Both the position numbers and the translations under genes were made by a program. Shown here piece after piece: positions 43,575 through 47,986 of a stretch of 47,986 bases of DNA. The stretch is from an uncultured Peptococcaceae bacterium (GTDB taxonomy: Bacteria > Bacillota > Peptococcia > DRI-13 > UBA5745). The stretch spans positions 1 through 47,986 of the forward strand of contig CALMWJ010000178.1 in assembly GCA_937873525.1 (NCBI GenBank). The letters are read 5' to 3'. Within the stretch, counting starts at the first letter, position 1; each line of letters opens with the position of its first letter. The notes under the pieces are model-generated. The model saw nothing but the letters and a program-made list of their open reading frames with translations, had not been told where the DNA came from and ran no database searches.

Positions 43575-44860
43575 TTTATATCCCCCTCAACCTTGATTGC
43601 GGAAAGCTTCTGTTGCACATAGCTGACTGCATCATTCACACTGATCGTTGTTTGTTCTCCGTTGGCCATTTGGCGGCAGATCACAGCCTGACGGGCAATT
43701 TCATCGTCGCCGATGATCAATACGATTTTGGCCGCAACCCGGTCTGCCGCTTTCATTTGGGCCTTCAATCCCTTGCCCTGGTAATCCCTTTGGACCCTAA
43801 GGCCGGACAACCGCAGACTGTGGCAGAGCTGGCTGGTGAGAATTTCGGCATTTCCACCCAGTCCGGCAACAAAAACATCGCAGGAATCGGGCTTCTGCAG
43901 CTGGCTCCCCTGCTGTTCCAGCGTCAAAAGCAGCCGTTCCATTCCTAACGCAAATCCGATGCCCGGGAGCGCTGGACCTCCGATCTCTTCGATCAGGTTG
44001 TCATAGCGGCCGCCTCCGCAGATGGCGCTTTGGGAGCCTTCCTTGCCGGCAGTGATTTCAAAAGCGGTCCTGGTATAATAATCCAGTCCACGGACCAGGT
44101 TTTGGTCCACTGCATAGGGAATCCCCATAGCTTCAAGAATCTTCTTGACCTGGTCAAAATGGTTTTGGCAATCCTCACAAAGATACTGGGTGATGGACGG
44201 CGCACCCTGGACCAATTCATGGCAATGCTTGCTCTTGCAGTCCAGGATCCGCATCGGATTCCGGTCGAAGCGGGTCTGACAGGTTTCACAGAGGTCGTGC
44301 AAGGCAGGCCTCAGATGATCCTGAAGCGCTGCGCGATACGCCTTCCGGCAAACCGGGCAGCCGACGCTGTTCAGATGGACCAATACATTTTCCAAGCCTA
44401 AACCATGGAATATTTCATAAGCAAAGGCAACGGCTTCACTGTCAATGGCCGGTTCATGGCCCCCGATGGTCTCGATGCCGAACTGGTTGAATTGACGGTA
44501 ACGGCCGGCCTGGGGCCGGTCGTAGCGGAACATGGGGCCCACATAATAGTATTTTCCGGGCAAAGTGCCGGAATACAGCTTATTCTCGACAAAAGAACGG
44601 GCAACCCCGGCCGTGCCTTCCGGCCGCAGCGTCAGGGAACGGTCGCCGCGGTCGGTGAAGGTGTACATTTCCTTTTCCACCACGTCAGAGGTATCACCGA
44701 TCCCTCTCTGAAACAGCTCTGTATGCTCAAAGATCGGGATCCGCAATTCCTGAAAGCCGAATCGTCCGGCCAAATCCCGCAAATAGTTTTCGACATAATG
44801 CCATTTCCATACTTCATCCGGCAAAATATCATTAACGCCGCGGGGCTTCGTTGTCAGCAT
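43571..44860 (-). CDS. hisS: Histidine--tRNA ligase
   Basis: PRGVNDILP, LRPEGTAGVAR, FRYDRPQAGRYRQF, GGGRYD. Trimmed to the ATG at 44860 after GGAAGGAG. Confidence 0.95.
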   Translation of the reverse strand: MLTTKPRGVNDILPDEVWKWHYVENYLRDLAGRFGFQELRIPIFEHTELFQRGIGDTSDVVEKEMYTFTDRGDRSLTLRPEGTAGVARSFVENKLYSGTLPGKYYYVGPMFRYDRPQAGRYRQFNQFGIETIGGHEPAIDSEAVAFAYEIFHGLGLENVLVHLNSVGCPVCRKAYRAALQDHLRPALHDLCETCQTRFDRNPMRILDCKSKHCHELVQGAPSITQYLCEDCQNHFDQVKKILEAMGIPYAVDQNLVRGLDYYTRTAFEITAGKEGSQSAICGGGRYDNLIEEIGGPALPGIGFALGMERLLLTLEQQGSQLQKPDSCDVFVAGLGGNAEILTSQLCHSLRLSGLRVQRDYQGKGLKAQMKAADRVAAKIVLIIGDDEIARQAVICRQMANGEQTTISVNDAVSYVQQKLSAIKVEGDIK

Positions 44861-44931
44861 GAAATCGGCTCCTTCCTGAATTTCGATCAAATCATGGATT
44901 TTTGTTCTTAAAAATGCCTACTTAAATAAAT

Positions 44932-46545
44932 TTATACAATCTGCTTGAGCTTGTCAACTTTTCGTTGGATTATTTCATGGATTCTTTCAATATATTGGAT
45001 CATATCCTTAGGATTGTAATCATTCTCCAGGGTCCAATCCTTCGGGGATATGAATTTGCTGCAGGCGCCGACCCCGATCCCAAGGATCGTCTGTCGTTCT
45101 TCCATCATAAGGATATTGTACAGGCAATGCTGTCCCGGCAAGGAATAGCCGACGTTTTCCGTCATGGCAAGGATTTCTTTTTGCCGGTAAAGATAATAAG
45201 GCACATAGCCGGCTTCGGTCAGTTTTTGCCGGGCTGAATCCCCCATGGCCAGACCGGCAGCAACCGTCAGAAGCTCGGGATACTTTTCTTTGAATGCCGA
45301 TCCCCGTTTGATGGCCAGACCGTGGATCGTTATGTTTTCCGGCCGGAAGGCCAGGAGCTTATCAAGGGTATCGTTCAGCTCAGCCAGCCCTTCTCCTGGC
45401 AAACCGAGGATCAGGTCGCTGTTGATGGCCATATGGCTTCCGGATAATCGCGCAAAGGTTTCCTCCACGTCTTCAACCCGGTGCTTTCGACCAATGCTGT
45501 CCAGCGTTTTTTGCTGCATCGTCTGAGGATTGACACAGATGCGCCGGACCGGATGGCGGCCAAGCACTTCAAGAATCTCTTTGGTCAAGGTTTCCGGGCG
45601 GCCGCCTTCCACGGTCCACTCCGCATCCGGCATGAAATTGAAATTTGCTGAGAGCGCGGTCAGAAGCCGGTCCATATGCTCCGCATCCATCGCCGTCGGC
45701 GTCCCGCCGCCAAAATACATGGTCTGGACCTTCAGTCCCAGTTTTCCGGCAGCGCCTCCGATCTGACGGATTTCCTCCAGCATGGCCTGGAAACATGGTT
45801 CTGACCATTTTTTCCAGCGTTTGAGGTCATACCCGGGGAAAGAGCAATAACTGCAGCGGCTCGGACAAAATGGGAAACCGATATAAAGGCTGATCACCCT
45901 TCGATCCCCGGCATACCGTGAAAGGATCGGCCGTTGGTACTGAACGGTTTGAAGCAGCAGGTCGATCCGGGTCTCCTCGACGCCATACTCCACGTCAAGA
46001 ATATGCCTGATTTCTTGCTCCGCCAAGCCTTGGTCAAGAAAACGATGGATCATCTTGGTGGGCCGGACACCGGTCAGAATACCCCATGGATTGGGACGTG
46101 CCAGTTTATAAGCGATCAGCATGTGGTGAAAAGCCAGCCTCAGCACACGCCGCCGCCGGTATTCCCAGGTTTCTTCAAAAGCAAAGGGCCGGACCTCCTC
46201 CTCCCAGGAGCAGGTCTGACATTGGTCCTGCCAATTGAGCCGCACCGACTTTTTTTGCCGGTCCCAAGCAATCTGCAGCAGCGGCGGCCGGGCCAGCGCG
46301 GTGGGAACGCAGACGCCCATTTCATGCACCACAGCCATATCCTGCACATCCTTGGCCTGGACATCGATCATGTCCATGGCGGTGAGCTGCGCCTCGGACG
46401 TCTTGCCGCAAGCTTGCGCAGCCTGAGCTTCTTCGGACCGCACTTCATAGCCGTAACAGCGCAGCAAATCATTTAATACAGCCCGGTCGGAACTGCAATT
46501 GGAGGTCAGCGTCAAGGGCTTAAAAGGGTTTTCCATGAATCTCAT
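44932..46545 (-). CDS. hemZ: Radical-SAM coproporphyrinogen dehydrogenase-like protein (HemZ/HemN family)
   Basis: FPFCPSRCSYCSF CxxxCxxC motif and YFGGGTP. It is about 500 aa plus an N-terminal extension, as in HemZ. Confidence 0.8.
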   Translation of the reverse strand: MRFMENPFKPLTLTSNCSSDRAVLNDLLRCYGYEVRSEEAQAAQACGKTSEAQLTAMDMIDVQAKDVQDMAVVHEMGVCVPTALARPPLLQIAWDRQKKSVRLNWQDQCQTCSWEEEVRPFAFEETWEYRRRRVLRLAFHHMLIAYKLARPNPWGILTGVRPTKMIHRFLDQGLAEQEIRHILDVEYGVEETRIDLLLQTVQYQRPILSRYAGDRRVISLYIGFPFCPSRCSYCSFPGYDLKRWKKWSEPCFQAMLEEIRQIGGAAGKLGLKVQTMYFGGGTPTAMDAEHMDRLLTALSANFNFMPDAEWTVEGGRPETLTKEILEVLGRHPVRRICVNPQTMQQKTLDSIGRKHRVEDVEETFARLSGSHMAINSDLILGLPGEGLAELNDTLDKLLAFRPENITIHGLAIKRGSAFKEKYPELLTVAAGLAMGDSARQKLTEAGYVPYYLYRQKEILAMTENVGYSLPGQHCLYNILMMEERQTILGIGVGACSKFISPKDWTLENDYNPKDMIQYIERIHEIIQRKVDKLKQIV

Positions 46546-46552
46546 CCTTTAA

Positions 46553-47233
46553 TTAAATATTTTCGCTGAAAAAGGCATTGAAGCGTTTTTCATCACCAAT
46601 GGTCGTCTGGGGACCATGGCCAGGATAAACCACGGTGTCGTCAGGCAATCGATATAATTTTTCTCTTATGGACTTTTCCAGGTCCTGAAAATTTCCGCCG
46701 GGCAGATCTGTCCGGCCTACTGAGCCTTGAAACAGCGTATCGCCTGTGAACACACAGCCCTCACTCAGAAGACTGATCCCGCCTTCGGTATGGCCAGGTG
46801 TGAGCAGCACTTTAAGATGAATATTTCCAAGAGAAATTGTTTCATTTTCCTCCACACAACGATCCGCTTCCATAGTCGCCCGGCTGCCCATCATATAAAT
46901 CATGCTGCTGCGTGGGTCACCCAAGCGGTGTTGGTCCAGGGAATGGATCAGGACCTGCGCTGCCGGAAAAGCTTCTTTCAACTGGGGTATCGCTCCGATA
47001 TGGTCTCCATGGCCATGGGTCACCACGATATAACGGGGAGAGAGTTGGTTTTTGTCCAGCCGGTCCAGGATCTTTTCCGGCTCGAATCCGGGGTCGATCA
47101 CAACGGCTTCGTTACCATGGTCTTCGAAAAGAATATAACAATTGGTCTGGTAATCGCCCAGGGCAAGATTGATGATCTGCAACGGGGTCTCCTCCTTCGA
47201 TACGGTTCTGTCTTCAATCTCTGAAGCTGTCAT
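46553..47233 (-). CDS. MBL-fold metallo-hydrolase (hydroxyacylglutathione hydrolase-like)
   Basis: THGHGDH metal-binding motif, a later TPGHTEGG, and HGP near the C-terminus. Confidence 0.85.
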   Translation of the reverse strand: MTASEIEDRTVSKEETPLQIINLALGDYQTNCYILFEDHGNEAVVIDPGFEPEKILDRLDKNQLSPRYIVVTHGHGDHIGAIPQLKEAFPAAQVLIHSLDQHRLGDPRSSMIYMMGSRATMEADRCVEENETISLGNIHLKVLLTPGHTEGGISLLSEGCVFTGDTLFQGSVGRTDLPGGNFQDLEKSIREKLYRLPDDTVVYPGHGPQTTIGDEKRFNAFFSENI

Positions 47234-47986
47234 CCAACCACATCCTGTCGATCCCTTCCGGGCGTGACCCGGTATACTTCGTTGATGTCCTTGATCCGGC
47301 GGATCCGTTCGATGATGTAATTCAGATGGTCGATGTTCTTGATTTCCATTTTTATATTGGTGGTTGCCATGCCGTTTTTCATAGCTCTGGAATGGATCGC
47401 ATGGATCGGCATTTTTAAATCCGCCAGCGTGGTCAGAATGTCGCTGGTCAGACGAGCCCGGTCTCTGGAAATAATTTCGATTTCAGCGATGAACATACCG
47501 CTGGCTGTATCCTCCCAAGCCACCTCCACAAAACGTCCATCCTCTTCATTGCGATAGTGCTGCGCATTGGGGCAATCCGCACGGTGGACGGATACGCCTC
47601 GCCCTCGGGTAATGTAGCCGACGATCTCATCGCCCGGGAGCGGATTGCAGCAGCGGGACAGACGGATCAGGACGTTGTCGACCCCGCGAACGATGATCTC
47701 TCCGGCCGCTTTGCCACTGCCGGCTTCTTTTCTGCGGTTTTTGACCGCATTGGCGGCTGCGGCGACCTGGGCGGCAATCTTCTCCTCCGGCGGGGCGGCG
47801 TTTTTATAGAAATCCTCCCGAATCCGGTTCATCACGGTGGTCAGATTGGTACTGCCGTCGCCAAGAGAAGCCAGCAGATCATCCACCGTATTGAAGCCGA
47901 AGCGCCTGGCCACATCGATCAGGGTATCGTCTTTCAGCAAGTCGCCGATATCCAGGTTGTTCTTTTTTAAGTCGTGCTCGATCAGG
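47230..47986 (-). CDS. relA: GTP pyrophosphokinase RelA/SpoT homologue, C-terminal part (5' end outside window)
   Basis: The frame stays open to the window edge. It contains the conserved CC/ZFD motif LSRCCNPLPGDEIVGYITRGRGVSVHRADCPN and a C-terminal ACT/RRM domain. Its stop overlaps the next gene's start (ATGA). Confidence 0.9.
   Translation of the reverse strand, partial: LIEHDLKKNNLDIGDLLKDDTLIDVARRFGFNTVDDLLASLGDGSTNLTTVMNRIREDFYKNAAPPEEKIAAQVAAAANAVKNRRKEAGSGKAAGEIIVRGVDNVLIRLSRCCNPLPGDEIVGYITRGRGVSVHRADCPNAQHYRNEEDGRFVEVAWEDTASGMFIAEIEIISRDRARLTSDILTTLADLKMPIHAIHSRAMKNGMATTNIKMEIKNIDHLNYIIERIRRIKDINEVYRVTPGRDRQDVVG

Noticed and set aside
47230-47233. Absence of dtd between relA and the MBL hydrolase gene
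   Set aside because: relA and the MBL gene overlap by ATGA, so nothing is hidden here. Gene-order variation of this kind is common and not informative on its own.
1-47986. Window-wide look for CRISPR arrays, IS elements or transposases, integrases, prophage genes, tRNA/rRNA genes and known defence or toxin-antitoxin modules
   Set aside because: None was found. There are no regularly spaced direct repeats, no terminal inverted repeats flanking ORFs, and every long ORF was assigned to a housekeeping family or listed above as uncharacterised.

Overview
This window looks like core chromosome from a Firmicutes/Clostridia-type genome, judged from protein similarities and gene order. I called about 45 CDS, and nearly all are housekeeping genes.

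The minus strand carries relA(partial)-MBL hydrolase-hemZ-hisS-aspS, then tcdA-rarA-mnmA-miaB-mutS-mutL-(RsmJ-like)-miaA-hflX-ynbB-like. It also carries ccpN-PDRP-ppdK. The plus strand carries a DUF4342 gene with a two-component system, lysA behind a lysine riboswitch, trpS, scpA/scpB, cysE/cysK, rluB, a HutP-family gene, cmk-plsC-ispH::S1, an ABC-F ATPase and lexA.

I saw no rRNA, tRNA, CRISPR array, transposase/integrase, or recognisable defence or toxin-antitoxin genes.

The only clearly non-housekeeping block is 23.6-27.8 kb. It holds two paralogous NIF3-like genes bracketing a multi-pass membrane protein. Upstream lie a DUF2294 gene and an AT-rich leader with a very strong intrinsic terminator and a good sigmaA-like promoter.

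The second item worth a look is the 300-nt aspS-tcdA gap. It has promoter-like and terminator signals and long-range complementarity, and it sits where Bacillus subtilis encodes 6S-1 RNA.

I cannot support a claim of a new biological system from sequence alone. The findings are ranked with that in mind. Many ORF-track starts were trimmed to internal starts with Shine-Dalgarno support.
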